64,000 bases of DNA from Candidatus Thalassospirochaeta sargassi (GTDB lineage: Bacteria > Spirochaetota > Spirochaetia > UBA9216): positions 14,334-78,333 of the forward strand of contig JAQQAL010000044.1 of assembly GCA_028532855.1 (NCBI GenBank), written 5' to 3'. Both the position numbers and the translations under genes were made by a program. Below are positions 20,571 through 30,275 of this stretch, one piece after another. Under the pieces are notes generated by a model. It saw nothing but the letters and a program-made list of their open reading frames with translations, searched no databases and was not told the DNA's origin. Each line of letters starts with the position of its first letter. Position 1 is the first letter of the stretch.

Positions 20571-22682
20571 GTGAGAAAAAGAACCAGGCGTATTATTACC
20601 CTTAATATGCTGCCGCCGCTGGCGTTTTTCGCTCTATTGAGCGCTTATTCATTTCTGATACTTATTCCGGGGCTTCAGAAGGCCGGGAAGACCGGCGAAG
20701 GGGCGGCAGCACTGCTGTCCGCAATATTTCCCTATACTGCGGGACTTATGTTTCTGACGGCTGTTCTTTTTATCCTTCTTGCAGTCAGAGCAACAAAAAT
20801 GGAACTCAGCAGGGAGAAGCTGAAGGAATCGGCAGACAGGATTGATGAAGAGTTTCAGAGCTGGGTTGAAACTACCGCGGATGGATTTATATATATTGCG
20901 GATACGGGCACATCAGCCGCTGACAGGATCGTGCTTGAAATGCTGGACTGTACGGAGGTTGATTTTGAGAATTTGAAACCCGGGGATTATATCAACACAG
21001 ATGTTGACGGCAAGGAGCTGCTCGGTTTTATTGCTGATAAATCCGATGATATTACAGGACGTTACGAGACCAGGCTTATTGGAACCGACGGCATTCCTGT
21101 TGAGGTTTTAATTTCGGCATCAAGGATAAAATCTGAATCTATGACCGGTGTTATCCTTATTGTGAAGGATATGAGCGACCATGCCAGAACGGGGGCAGTA
21201 CGGATAGATGTCCAGAGGGAATATTCTATAGTTGAATTGCGGTCTGCTCTACAATACATCTATCAGAATGCCGGAACCATGATGGCCGAGCCGCTTTTGA
21301 TAGATGAAGAAGAACTGGTAATAGATGCGGTAAAAAAAATGAACACTCAGCATAAAAATAGTTTTATTGTCGTTGATGATGCCGGATTTGCTGCAGGGGT
21401 AGTTACCGATCAGGATCTAAGGCAAAGGATTCTAAGTGGAGATAAGAATATTACCGATAAGGTGACCGATATAATGAGCTGCCCTGTAGTCAGCGCAAGT
21501 GTGGATATAATGTTTTTTGAGGCCTTCAGATTGATGCGTGATAATTCAATACGGCAGCTGGTTATCGATGATGCTGATGGAAGACCAGTCGGTCTGCTTA
21601 CTGAAAAGAATCTCATTGCAGTACAGAGTACAAATACGGCAGCCTTTGAGGAAGAGCTGCTGAAAGCAGAGACTGTAGATGAAATGCGGGACTGCTACCG
21701 TCGTCTGGTGTTTTCGGTCAGGACTCTTGTGCTTTCGGGAGCTAAGGCATCATACATTATCAGTCTTGTATCCAAGACTGCTGAGATCATAACTGACAAA
21801 CTTATAAAACTGGCATTTATTAAACTCGGTCCCCCTGCCTGCGATTTTGCTTTCATTGCCATGGGAAGTGAGGGGCGGGGAGAACAAACCCTTCTCACTG
21901 ATCAGGATAATGGAATAATTTTTGAAGACGGGCCGGAAACGACTCTGAATGCACGAAGGGCATATTTCCTAAAGCTGGGTGCATTTGTCAGCGATGCGTT
22001 GAACCATATAGGATACAATTACTGCAGCGGCGGCGTAATGGCGTCAAATCCCAAGTGGGTAAAAACCGGAAATGAATGGGCGCAGCAGATATGGGATTGG
22101 TTTTCCGGAAACTCACCAGACAGGCTGCTTGATTTGAACATTCTATTCGATTTTAAATGTGTTTACGGAGATAAAAAGCTGGCTGAAACACTGAGGATGA
22201 ACATCTGGAAAGCTGTGGACAGCTATCCCGGCTTTTTGAAAGAGATCGCTGCAGCCGTAAGTGTGTTTAAACCCCGACTCACAATCTTCGGACGCATACA
22301 AGTTGAAAGAACTGATGCTGATGATGAGGTCTTTAATATCAAGAAAGCGCTCGGGCCGCTGACTATCTATGCAAGGACAATGGCGCTTAAAGAAAGTATT
22401 GCTCATACAGCCACGAGCGAGAGATTGAAGATCTTGGCTGAGCGCGGAGTAATAACCGGTAAGCAGTATCGTGATTATTCACATGCCTTTGATTTTCTTA
22501 CCCAGTTGAGATTTCGTGATCAGGTGCAGACTATTGAAGACGGTGAAAAGATGAATAATTTGATCTATATTGAGGATTTGTCGGAGGTTGAAATAATATC
22601 GCTTCGCAAAATATTCAAACAGATATCATCGGCGCAGGACAACCTGAGGCTTGCCCTGACAGGTTCAATAAGGCAGATATGA
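20571..22682 (+). CDS. Membrane-anchored signalling protein: N-terminal TM segments, PAS-like region, tandem CBS pair, then DUF294 putative nucleotidyltransferase and DUF294_C substrate-binding domains.
   Basis: N-terminal hydrophobic helices. CBS-like blocks around VKKMNTQHKNSFIVVDD...GVVTDQDL and IMSCPVVSASVDIMFFEAFRLMRDNSIRQLVIDD. NTase motif FIAMGSEGRGEQTLLTDQDNGIIFED (GSx9DxD). GTG start at 20571; alternative ATG at 20604. Confidence 0.7.
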   Translation: MRKRTRRIITLNMLPPLAFFALLSAYSFLILIPGLQKAGKTGEGAAALLSAIFPYTAGLMFLTAVLFILLAVRATKMELSREKLKESADRIDEEFQSWVETTADGFIYIADTGTSAADRIVLEMLDCTEVDFENLKPGDYINTDVDGKELLGFIADKSDDITGRYETRLIGTDGIPVEVLISASRIKSESMTGVILIVKDMSDHARTGAVRIDVQREYSIVELRSALQYIYQNAGTMMAEPLLIDEEELVIDAVKKMNTQHKNSFIVVDDAGFAAGVVTDQDLRQRILSGDKNITDKVTDIMSCPVVSASVDIMFFEAFRLMRDNSIRQLVIDDADGRPVGLLTEKNLIAVQSTNTAAFEEELLKAETVDEMRDCYRRLVFSVRTLVLSGAKASYIISLVSKTAEIITDKLIKLAFIKLGPPACDFAFIAMGSEGRGEQTLLTDQDNGIIFEDGPETTLNARRAYFLKLGAFVSDALNHIGYNYCSGGVMASNPKWVKTGNEWAQQIWDWFSGNSPDRLLDLNILFDFKCVYGDKKLAETLRMNIWKAVDSYPGFLKEIAAAVSVFKPRLTIFGRIQVERTDADDEVFNIKKALGPLTIYARTMALKESIAHTATSERLKILAERGVITGKQYRDYSHAFDFLTQLRFRDQVQTIEDGEKMNNLIYIEDLSEVEIISLRKIFKQISSAQDNLRLALTGSIRQI

Positions 22683-22683
22683 A

Positions 22684-23022
22684 ATGAAAATTGAACAGCA
22701 TGGCGATATAAGCGAAAAACTTTTTGGTGAACGAGCTGAAGATATCCATGAATGGATAGATCAGTATTTCGATCATAAGAAATTCAGGCATCCATTCTGG
22801 AATTGCATTATCAGAGGCTGGAATCCCTATGATCACAGGGCTCATCTTCATCATATTGAAGCACTTCCTGAAGCGCTTGAAGCTTTCAGGGGCAAATATT
22901 CAGAAGAAATTATTACCAATGTGTTTACCCAGCATCTCAAGGATGACTATGGAGGGTATGTGCCGACGAAGGCAGATTTTGACAGCAGGTCATTTGCCAG
23001 AAAATATCACCGCCTGTTCTGA
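22684..23022 (+). CDS. Hypothetical 112-aa His-rich protein, translationally coupled to the CBS-DUF294 gene.
   Basis: Its start is 1 nt after the upstream stop (TGAAATG). The sequence contains HRAHLHHIEALPEALEAF and has no known domain. Confidence 0.5.
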   Translation: MKIEQHGDISEKLFGERAEDIHEWIDQYFDHKKFRHPFWNCIIRGWNPYDHRAHLHHIEALPEALEAFRGKYSEEIITNVFTQHLKDDYGGYVPTKADFDSRSFARKYHRLF

Positions 23023-23061
23023 CGGCTTGAGGCTAACGGGCTTAAAGAGTATACTCGACCC

Positions 23062-24840
23062 ATGAAATTTGAAGAATTCAACTTACACGAAGACATTTTG
23101 CGCGGCATAAATGATGCGGGCTTTGACGAAGCCATGCCGGCGCAGGAAAAGACCTTTAATGCCGTCTTAAACGGCAAAGATGTTACGGTCCAGTCGCAGA
23201 CAGGAACAGGTAAAACTGCGGCATTTTTAATTTCCATTTATCAGTTATTTAAAACCGATGTTGTAGAAAACAAGAAAGCATTAATTGTCGTTCCGACCAG
23301 GGAACTCGCGGTACAGATAGAAGAAGAAGCCGAAATTCTCGGTAAATATCTTGACTATAAAACTGTAAGCATTTACGGAGGCGTAGGGTATAAACAGCAG
23401 CTTGAAAAACTCAAAGCAGGAGCCGATTTTATTGTCGGTACCCCCGGACGGCTTCTTGATTTAGAAAAATCTAATCATATTGACTACAAACAGTTCGGTG
23501 TTCTTGTTATTGATGAAGCCGACAGGCTCTTTGATATGGGATTCTTTCCTGATTTGAGAAAGATGCTCAGAAAACTTGTTGATCCAACGAAGAGAAGAAC
23601 TATGCTTTTCAGCGCTACCCTGAATACTCGCGTTCTCAACCTCGCCTGGGATCAGATGAATGAATATGAGGAAATCAAAATTGAACCGGAAAAGGTTACC
23701 GTTGAAGAGATAACTCAGGAACTTTACCATGTTGCAGCTAATGAGAAGATGAAACTGCTGCTTGGCATTCTCAAGAAAGAGAATTTTGAAAACGCCATCA
23801 TATTCTGTAACACTAAGAACAAGGTAGCAGAGGTTTCAAAGCGTCTCGACGTAAACGGGTACAAGACGAAATTTCTGATGGGTGACCTTCCTCAGAAAAA
23901 ACGTCTTGCTACCATAAACGATATGAAGGCCGGAGAGCTTGATATTCTTGTTGCGACAGATGTTGCAGCCCGGGGGCTTCACGTTGATGATCTTTCACTT
24001 GTTGTAAACTTTGATCTTCCCGAAGATTATGAGAATTATGTTCACAGAATCGGACGTACTGCCCGTGCCGGAAAAACCGGCAAGGCCGTATCGCTTGCAT
24101 GTCCTAAATACGTATATCATCTTCCTGCAATTGAGAGCTACATCGGTGACAAGATTTCCGTAATGATAGCTGATGATGAAAGCTTCCTCGAAGATGCATC
24201 TGAAGGAATGCGATTCCGAAATGAATATGATGACAGACCTCAGCGGGGTCGAAGCGGTGACAACCGTGGCGGCGGAAAACGAAGCGATGGACGTAGAGAC
24301 GGCGGCCGGGGCGGATACAATAGAAGTGGTGACAACCGCGGAGGCGGAAACCGTAGCGACGGAAATCGCGGCGACGGACGCAGAAAGGACAGCGGCAATC
24401 GGAACGGCGGCAACAGGAACAACAGCGGCAGCAGAAGCGGTGGGGACCGAAGCGGAGGAAACAGAAACCGACGCAATGATGAATACAGAAACAACAGAAG
24501 CCGGCCGGCCGTGGAGCTTAAAAGACCGACAGCGGATGCTGGTGTTGAAGACAGAATTGCATATTACAAGGCTAAATACGGAGAGGATTTTAAACCCTCT
24601 GCGGAGATGCTGAAGCAGAACGGAGCCGGTGGCAGCAAAAAAACCGGCGGCCGGAAATCAGGTAACCGGAATAAGTCGGGCCAGTCTCACGGGGGCAAAC
24701 AGCAGGGCGGTCAGAGCAGGAAGCCGCAGCAGGCTGATAAAGGTAATAAAAAGCCGCAGCAGAAAGCTCAGCAGAAAGCTCCGGACGCGGCGGCACCGAA
24801 GAAAAGCGGGTTTCTCGGAAGATTATTCGGTAAAAAATAG
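23062..24840 (+). CDS. DEAD-box ATP-dependent RNA helicase with a C-terminal RGG/GNR-rich low-complexity tail.
   Basis: Q-motif FEEFNLHEDILRGINDAGFDEAMPAQ, motif I SQTGTGKT, PTRELA, motif II DEAD (VIDEADRLFDMGF), SAT, and motif VI HRIGRTARAG. Tail repeats read RGGGKRSDGRRDGGRGGYNRSGDNRGGGNRSDGNRGDGRR. Confidence 0.95.
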   Translation: MKFEEFNLHEDILRGINDAGFDEAMPAQEKTFNAVLNGKDVTVQSQTGTGKTAAFLISIYQLFKTDVVENKKALIVVPTRELAVQIEEEAEILGKYLDYKTVSIYGGVGYKQQLEKLKAGADFIVGTPGRLLDLEKSNHIDYKQFGVLVIDEADRLFDMGFFPDLRKMLRKLVDPTKRRTMLFSATLNTRVLNLAWDQMNEYEEIKIEPEKVTVEEITQELYHVAANEKMKLLLGILKKENFENAIIFCNTKNKVAEVSKRLDVNGYKTKFLMGDLPQKKRLATINDMKAGELDILVATDVAARGLHVDDLSLVVNFDLPEDYENYVHRIGRTARAGKTGKAVSLACPKYVYHLPAIESYIGDKISVMIADDESFLEDASEGMRFRNEYDDRPQRGRSGDNRGGGKRSDGRRDGGRGGYNRSGDNRGGGNRSDGNRGDGRRKDSGNRNGGNRNNSGSRSGGDRSGGNRNRRNDEYRNNRSRPAVELKRPTADAGVEDRIAYYKAKYGEDFKPSAEMLKQNGAGGSKKTGGRKSGNRNKSGQSHGGKQQGGQSRKPQQADKGNKKPQQKAQQKAPDAAAPKKSGFLGRLFGKK

Positions 24841-24864
24841 ACAGATTCATATATAAATTTTTTT

Positions 24865-24892
24865 CGGCTGCCTGCGGGCGGCCGTTTTTTAT
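24865..24892 (+). terminator. Rho-independent terminator after the helicase gene: 8-bp stem cggctgcc/ggcggccg, loop tgcg, then T6.
   Basis: Read directly. Confidence 0.8.
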
Positions 24893-24905
24893 TGTATAAT
24901 GAGTA

Positions 24906-26456
24906 ATGGCCGAACAGAATGGAAAGTACATTATATCTATAGACGCGGGAAGTACCGGTATTAGAGCAATCCTTTATGATCGCAGCGGAGCGATAATCAG
25001 ACGCGAATATGAAAAGACACCTGCCGAACACCCGGAACCCGGGGCTACTGAGCATGATCCGGAAATGCTCTGGCAGGCGCTGATAAAAACCGTGAAGGCT
25101 ATTTTCGCCGACGGGACTGTTCTACCTTCAGAAGTGGCTGCCATTGGAATTACCAATCAGCGTTCTTCATTTTGTATCTGGGATAAAAAAACCGGCGAAC
25201 CTCTGACTAATTTCATCAACTGGCAGGATGTTAGAGCTGCCGACTCCATAGCAAAGATGAACCGCCATCCTGTGTGGATGCTGCTGAAAGGGGCAATGAA
25301 GCTGTTCAGCAGGATCATAAACAGTACCCTGCTTATTGCCACATCAATGCTTGTATTTAACACCGATCATACGATTGGAAAGGTCCGGTGGCTGCTGGAC
25401 GAGCGGCCTGATCTGGACAAGAAATGCCGGCGGGGAAAGGCTGTGTTCGGTACAATCGATACCTGGTTCATATATAAACTTACAGGAGGAAAAAACCATC
25501 TTACCGATTATACCAACGCGGCGTCCACTGCAATGTTTAACCCCTTCGATCTTAAGTGGAACGATATTTACTGTAAAATATTCGATATTCCTATGAGCAT
25601 GCTGCCCGAGGTTCGCGATACTAATGGATACTTCGGTGATGCTGTCCCCGAGCTGTTCGGGACTGCAATTCCAATCCGGGCCGCAATAGGTGATCAGCAG
25701 TCATCACTTTTCGGGCACGGCTGCTATAAGCCCGGCGATGTGAAATGTTCGCTGGGTTCGGGCTCCTTTGTCTGTGTAAACGTAGGTGATAAGGGAAAGG
25801 TCTCACGCAGGGGGCTGTTTCCTCTGGTTGCCTGGGTTATAGATGGAAAGCCCACTTACATGCTTGAGGGGCAGGTTGCTACTACCGGAACCCTGATTGA
25901 CTGGCTTGGTCAGGGGATAGGGCTTTCAGATACGCCCGTTGAACTCAATGAGCTGGCCGAATCATGTGAAGACTCAGAAGGAGTTTTTTTTGTGCCTACA
26001 CCGACCGGCATAAGGTTTCCGTATTTTGTCCCCGGAGCGAAGGCCTCACTGGTAGGATTGTCGCTTAAAACAGATAAACGGCATGTCGCCCGCGCTGTGC
26101 TTGAAGGAATAGCAATGCGTATCCAGGATATCCTCGAGGGGGTAGAGTCTGATGCTAAAACTGAAATTACCGAAATAATGACCGACGGCGGGGTGAGTCG
26201 TTCAGATATATTGATGCAATGTCTTGCCGATTATTCCGGTACCGAGGTCGAACGTGCACCCGAGCCCGATATGACAGCGACAGGCGCCGCCTACATGGCA
26301 GGTCTTTCCTGCGGATTCTGGAGCGACTACCGGGACCTGCTTGGCCTGCGTCAGGGGTATACAGTTTTTAAACCGTTCATCAGTGAAGAGCAGCGGGAGG
26401 AGAAAAAGAAAAAATGGAAAGATCTGCTTAAAAATCTGCTGAAGGTTAATCTATAA
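24906..26456 (+). CDS. glpK: FGGY-family carbohydrate kinase, glycerol-kinase-like, with an internal hydrophobic insertion of about 30 aa.
   Basis: ISIDAGSTGIRAILYD, EHDPEMLWQA, AAIGITNQRSSFCIWDKKTGEPLTNFINWQD and DGGVSRSDILMQCLAD match GlpK blocks. The insertion NSTLLIATSMLVFNTDHT is absent from typical GlpK. Confidence 0.7.
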   Translation: MAEQNGKYIISIDAGSTGIRAILYDRSGAIIRREYEKTPAEHPEPGATEHDPEMLWQALIKTVKAIFADGTVLPSEVAAIGITNQRSSFCIWDKKTGEPLTNFINWQDVRAADSIAKMNRHPVWMLLKGAMKLFSRIINSTLLIATSMLVFNTDHTIGKVRWLLDERPDLDKKCRRGKAVFGTIDTWFIYKLTGGKNHLTDYTNAASTAMFNPFDLKWNDIYCKIFDIPMSMLPEVRDTNGYFGDAVPELFGTAIPIRAAIGDQQSSLFGHGCYKPGDVKCSLGSGSFVCVNVGDKGKVSRRGLFPLVAWVIDGKPTYMLEGQVATTGTLIDWLGQGIGLSDTPVELNELAESCEDSEGVFFVPTPTGIRFPYFVPGAKASLVGLSLKTDKRHVARAVLEGIAMRIQDILEGVESDAKTEITEIMTDGGVSRSDILMQCLADYSGTEVERAPEPDMTATGAAYMAGLSCGFWSDYRDLLGLRQGYTVFKPFISEEQREEKKKKWKDLLKNLLKVNL

Positions 26457-27426
26457 AGTCTTTTATCGCTGCCGCAACTGCGCTGTCGACGGATCTTCCT
26501 GCAGACTTGTGATTTTTCTTCATCTCATCCGGAGCCTCGTCAACCGTGCGCCCTGTGCCAGCCCAGTGAAGCAAATCCTCATCATTAAAATCGTTGCCTA
26601 TGGCAAGGGCATCCGTTGCCGTGAGTTTAAGGCTTTGGGTCAGTCTCTCAGCTGATTTTGATTTTGATACATTCGGACTGAAAACCTCAATCCACATCGA
26701 CCTATGATCTATAGGGGATGTTGTTCTCAACACTGAGCAGTCCTTTAACCTGTGCCGCAGATAATCGATAAGCTCGTTTTTATATGTATCCTCATTAGCA
26801 TTCCCTGCCGGGGGAACAATTGCCACAAGTTGAGAGACCCCTTCATAGCAAGCCTTCTCAATCTGCTCAAGCTCAGAGTCTTCGTTTCCGCAGTCAAGCG
26901 ACTCGGCATATTCAGAGTATATTCTTATGCGTCGGTAGAAGTCGGGGTTGACCGCTCCGTTTGACTTTATATAGACGAACCCGTGGTTTTCAGGGACAGA
27001 TCTCTGAATCATGAAATCTATGCCCCTTCTGAAAAGAAGTCCCGCAGCATCAAAGGCACTTGCCGGCTGAAGTCCTTCAGCTTCGATCAGCTCATCCTTG
27101 GTGACAGCCACATCGAAACCGCGAATCGACGGTCCCGAATGAATTACCCCGGCACCAGAAGAGAAAATCAGGTAATCAAGGTATTCTTCAATCGGGCGGC
27201 TTAGGGAGGCTGCGACCCTCCGGAATGAAAACAATGAGCGGCCGGTGGCAATTGTTGTTATATATCCCGCGTTGCGCGCAGACCGTAGGGCCTCAAAATT
27301 TTCATCGGTTACATAGTGTTCACTGTTAAAGAGGGTTCCGTCAAAATCGGTAAAGATTATCCCTGCAGGCTTACCGGCAATTTCATCTGAAGGCTGTTTT
27401 GAAGCCCTCGTGTCAGAACAATTCAT
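26446..27426 (-). CDS. HAD-superfamily hydrolase, subfamily IIB (Cof or sugar-phosphate-phosphatase-like).
   Basis: Motif I FTDFDGTLF, motif II TIATGRS, and a C-terminal GNDFNDEDLLHWAG block. Confidence 0.7.
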   Translation of the reverse strand: MNCSDTRASKQPSDEIAGKPAGIIFTDFDGTLFNSEHYVTDENFEALRSARNAGYITTIATGRSLFSFRRVAASLSRPIEEYLDYLIFSSGAGVIHSGPSIRGFDVAVTKDELIEAEGLQPASAFDAAGLLFRRGIDFMIQRSVPENHGFVYIKSNGAVNPDFYRRIRIYSEYAESLDCGNEDSELEQIEKACYEGVSQLVAIVPPAGNANEDTYKNELIDYLRHRLKDCSVLRTTSPIDHRSMWIEVFSPNVSKSKSAERLTQSLKLTATDALAIGNDFNDEDLLHWAGTGRTVDEAPDEMKKNHKSAGRSVDSAVAAAIKDFID

Positions 27427-28300
27427 AGCTGGTGTTTATGATCGGTGCGCGAAGATTATCGAGTACGGCTTCAAGCAGTACCCCCTCACGCCTCGGATAG
27501 TCGTGTCCAAAGCTGGCTCTAATTGCCTGGGTTACAAACTGGACGCTGCGATCCAATGCAATTGGAAGACTCTGTCCGCGTAGAAGGCTTCCGGTCATGA
27601 CGCTGGTGAATATATCGCCTGTGCCGGGGAAGTAAGCAGGAATGTAGGTGCACTGTACCTGCCAGAATCTTCTGCTTGTTTTTTCATAGGCTACTACAGA
27701 TGAGAGTTTCGGACGGCCAATTACCGGTATGCTGGTAATAATTACTATTTCAGGGCCCGTCTTCGACAGGCGTACCAGCCAGTCTTTTATCAGTTCGCTT
27801 GTGAACGCGTCATTTGGCAGGTCGGGAGATTCTTTCAGCAGCAGAGCTGCTTCTGTAGCGTTCGGCGTGATTACATCAGCCATTGCTGTTAATGATTCCA
27901 TCTGGTTGACCATTTCCATGGTAATTGTGTCGTATGTTTCGCCGTCATCGCCCAGAACGGGGTCGACAACCACAATCTGGTTTTCTCTTTTAAAATCACT
28001 GATAAATCTCTTTACCGTATCAACCTGTCTTGCGGAGCCTAGGAAACCGCTATAGATTGCGTCAAAGCTTATTGCAAGTGATTTCCAATGATTGATGAAA
28101 CTATCCAGTTCATCAGTCAGATCAACGAAATGATAGTTTTTAAATTCACTTGTGTGGGTTGAGAGTATTGCAGTCGGAACCGGACATGCCTGAATCCCCA
28201 TAGTAGAGAGGATTGGTATGACAGTGGTCAGTGAAGATCGGCCAAAACCGGATAAATCGTGAATTGCTGCTACTCTGGGGACAGGATTAGGCTTATACAT
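27413..28300 (-). CDS. pdxK: Pyridoxal/pyridoxine/pyridoxamine kinase (ribokinase superfamily, PdxK/PdxY-like).
   Basis: AAIHDLSGFGRSSL, YSGFLGSARQV, VVVDPVLGDDGETY, ITPNATEAALL and GTGDIFTSV are PdxK/PdxY blocks. Confidence 0.7.
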   Translation of the reverse strand: MYKPNPVPRVAAIHDLSGFGRSSLTTVIPILSTMGIQACPVPTAILSTHTSEFKNYHFVDLTDELDSFINHWKSLAISFDAIYSGFLGSARQVDTVKRFISDFKRENQIVVVDPVLGDDGETYDTITMEMVNQMESLTAMADVITPNATEAALLLKESPDLPNDAFTSELIKDWLVRLSKTGPEIVIITSIPVIGRPKLSSVVAYEKTSRRFWQVQCTYIPAYFPGTGDIFTSVMTGSLLRGQSLPIALDRSVQFVTQAIRASFGHDYPRREGVLLEAVLDNLRAPIINTSYELF

Positions 28301-28364
28301 GGGCTAAGCATAGATCATAGGGCTTGAAACTGTCAACGAATATGTCGAAAATGAGGGTAAGACT

Positions 28365-29189
28365 ATGTTCGGATTAAATAAAGAAAAAAACAAAATTGAC
28401 GGGCTGCTGAAAGACATCAGGGCCGATTATGAAACTCTTGTCGGAACCTACAGCCGACCCCGCAGCCTTTCAAAGCAGTTCGAAATGCGATACCGTGATG
28501 CTGTCGAATACCGGCTTAACCTGGTAGGTTTTCTTGAAGCGGAGAAAGAGGCGGTAAAAGCCCTTCTCGGACAGGCTGAAAATAATATTCAGGATGATCC
28601 CCCACAGGCGTCCACGCCGGCATCAAAGCATTCGAGAGCTGTGGACAGGCCCCGTTCCGCAAAGGTTGATGATGGTGAGGAGCGAATCAGCTTTGCTGAT
28701 CGACTTATTCAGGAATTTGCTGAGCGGATCAAAAAATACCCTGAAATCATCATTCACCCTGATGCAGCATTTGAGATGAAAAAGCTCTTCGGTGCGTTAT
28801 CATGTGTAGAAAAGGATTACTGGGGTACTGTCGATCGCATTATCAGGAATATGTACGGCTCAAAAAGATTCCGCGACTCGGTGGATATTGAACCGGAAAT
28901 CAACCGTATGTGTACGCCCGGCATCGACGGGCTGCCGCCGGCTCTGGGGACCTATCACAGGCTTCTTGAGCGGATGCCGCGGGACTATCGAGAGGTTGAA
29001 CGTGAAGAGCAGCGCTGTCTTGTAAATGCTGCTGTTCTGCTGAAGCGAATGCAGGCAGAGGTTATCCGCTCGCTTGATGTCGGTTCTTCTCTTGACGAAG
29101 AGGAGCGGACAAGACTTAGCGAGGCTAAGGTTTATATAGACAGTATGATAGAAGATTTCAGACTGAAGGATCTCGGCAGGCTGAACTGA
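28365..29189 (+). CDS. Hypothetical cytoplasmic protein (274 aa); charged and helical, no recognisable domain.
   Basis: ORF only. Confidence 0.5.
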   Translation: MFGLNKEKNKIDGLLKDIRADYETLVGTYSRPRSLSKQFEMRYRDAVEYRLNLVGFLEAEKEAVKALLGQAENNIQDDPPQASTPASKHSRAVDRPRSAKVDDGEERISFADRLIQEFAERIKKYPEIIIHPDAAFEMKKLFGALSCVEKDYWGTVDRIIRNMYGSKRFRDSVDIEPEINRMCTPGIDGLPPALGTYHRLLERMPRDYREVEREEQRCLVNAAVLLKRMQAEVIRSLDVGSSLDEEERTRLSEAKVYIDSMIEDFRLKDLGRLN

Positions 29190-29216
29190 GTAAGCTGTGT
29201 ACAATACAAAAATTGA

Positions 29217-30275
29217 TTATTCGTATACTGCGTCGGTGTTAAGGCTGCCGAAGGTCGAGCCGCTGGTGGGCACAATATGCCAGTCGGCGGAGCTGTCTGT
29301 GTCCTCAGGTTCGGACAGCCTGCACATAGAGCGGGTGGCAGTTGAGTCGTCGGGGTTTAGCCCGTCTTCAGGAATGGGGCTGCCATTGTCGCCGCTGCCG
29401 GTCCAGCCCCCCTCGGTTGTAATCTGAACGGCCTTGTCAAGCATTCGACTGCTTCCGAACCCCGAGTAGTTTTCGTCCGATGACGATGTGCGGTTGGAGT
29501 AGAGTACGGCATCAATTATCCTTCCGCCGGGTGCCGAATAGATGGCAATAACACCATTGTTTCCTGATAGGCCTCCCCCGCCGGGTACCCAGAAGTCCCG
29601 GGCTACGGGCGATGCGTCATATCCCGCCGATTCATCAAGCAGGCTGCCGGTCTCGTCAATTTCATCATCAATCCCCTGAGGTTTGAAATGAATTAGCAGG
29701 TAGTCGCCTGTTTCAACCTCTAATGCCGGCATGCTGATTGACTCCTCGGGATAATCGGTTGTTCCCTCAACTATCCACAGCCCGGCAAGATTGCCGCCAT
29801 CCGTTATAAGCAGTTCTACTATATCAGGGTGAGTGCTCGACCCCTGGGTTGTGAACTCATTTATTAATAGTTTAGGAAGATTCGGATTAAATCCATAGAA
29901 GGGGATTAGAAAGCTCATCCGGTTACCGGTAGAATCCGAAACCTCGGCATCTATGATGTAACGGGTTCCTGCAATCTGAGCCTTGTTGAATGTAAGGGTT
30001 AAATTACTGTCACCGGTTGTGACGATAGCAGTCCCTAATTCCGGGCTTATATTTACATCTCTGTTGAGTGATACATCTTCATTGAACTCAAGGGTAATAT
30101 TGTATTCATCGGTCGCTATGATTTTTTCAATAACAGGCGGGAAAAGATCAGCATCTGAAAAATCTCTCAGGTCAAGTACGGGGCCGCAGGACAGACAGGC
30201 ACTGAGTATTGCCGGAACGATTCCTGCTGCAAACAGCTGAGCTGCAGAAATAACTTTATTTTTTAGAATATCCAT
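29217..30275 (-). CDS. Lipoprotein with a lamin-tail domain (LTD).
   Basis: Lipobox ILSACLSC. The LTD signature is LLINEFTTQGSSTHPDIVELLITDGGNLAGLWIVEG, and the C-terminal region is Gly/Ser-rich. Confidence 0.55.
   Translation of the reverse strand: MDILKNKVISAAQLFAAGIVPAILSACLSCGPVLDLRDFSDADLFPPVIEKIIATDEYNITLEFNEDVSLNRDVNISPELGTAIVTTGDSNLTLTFNKAQIAGTRYIIDAEVSDSTGNRMSFLIPFYGFNPNLPKLLINEFTTQGSSTHPDIVELLITDGGNLAGLWIVEGTTDYPEESISMPALEVETGDYLLIHFKPQGIDDEIDETGSLLDESAGYDASPVARDFWVPGGGGLSGNNGVIAIYSAPGGRIIDAVLYSNRTSSSDENYSGFGSSRMLDKAVQITTEGGWTGSGDNGSPIPEDGLNPDDSTATRSMCRLSEPEDTDSSADWHIVPTSGSTFGSLNTDAVYE

Noticed and set aside
24240-24494. Antisense and overlapping ORFs inside the helicase RGG repeat region (for example PLRSPPLLLP..., and 24173-24613 in the + frame)
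   Set aside because: These are artefacts of GC-rich tandem codon repeats. They have no start context and are embedded in a strongly supported DEAD-box CDS.
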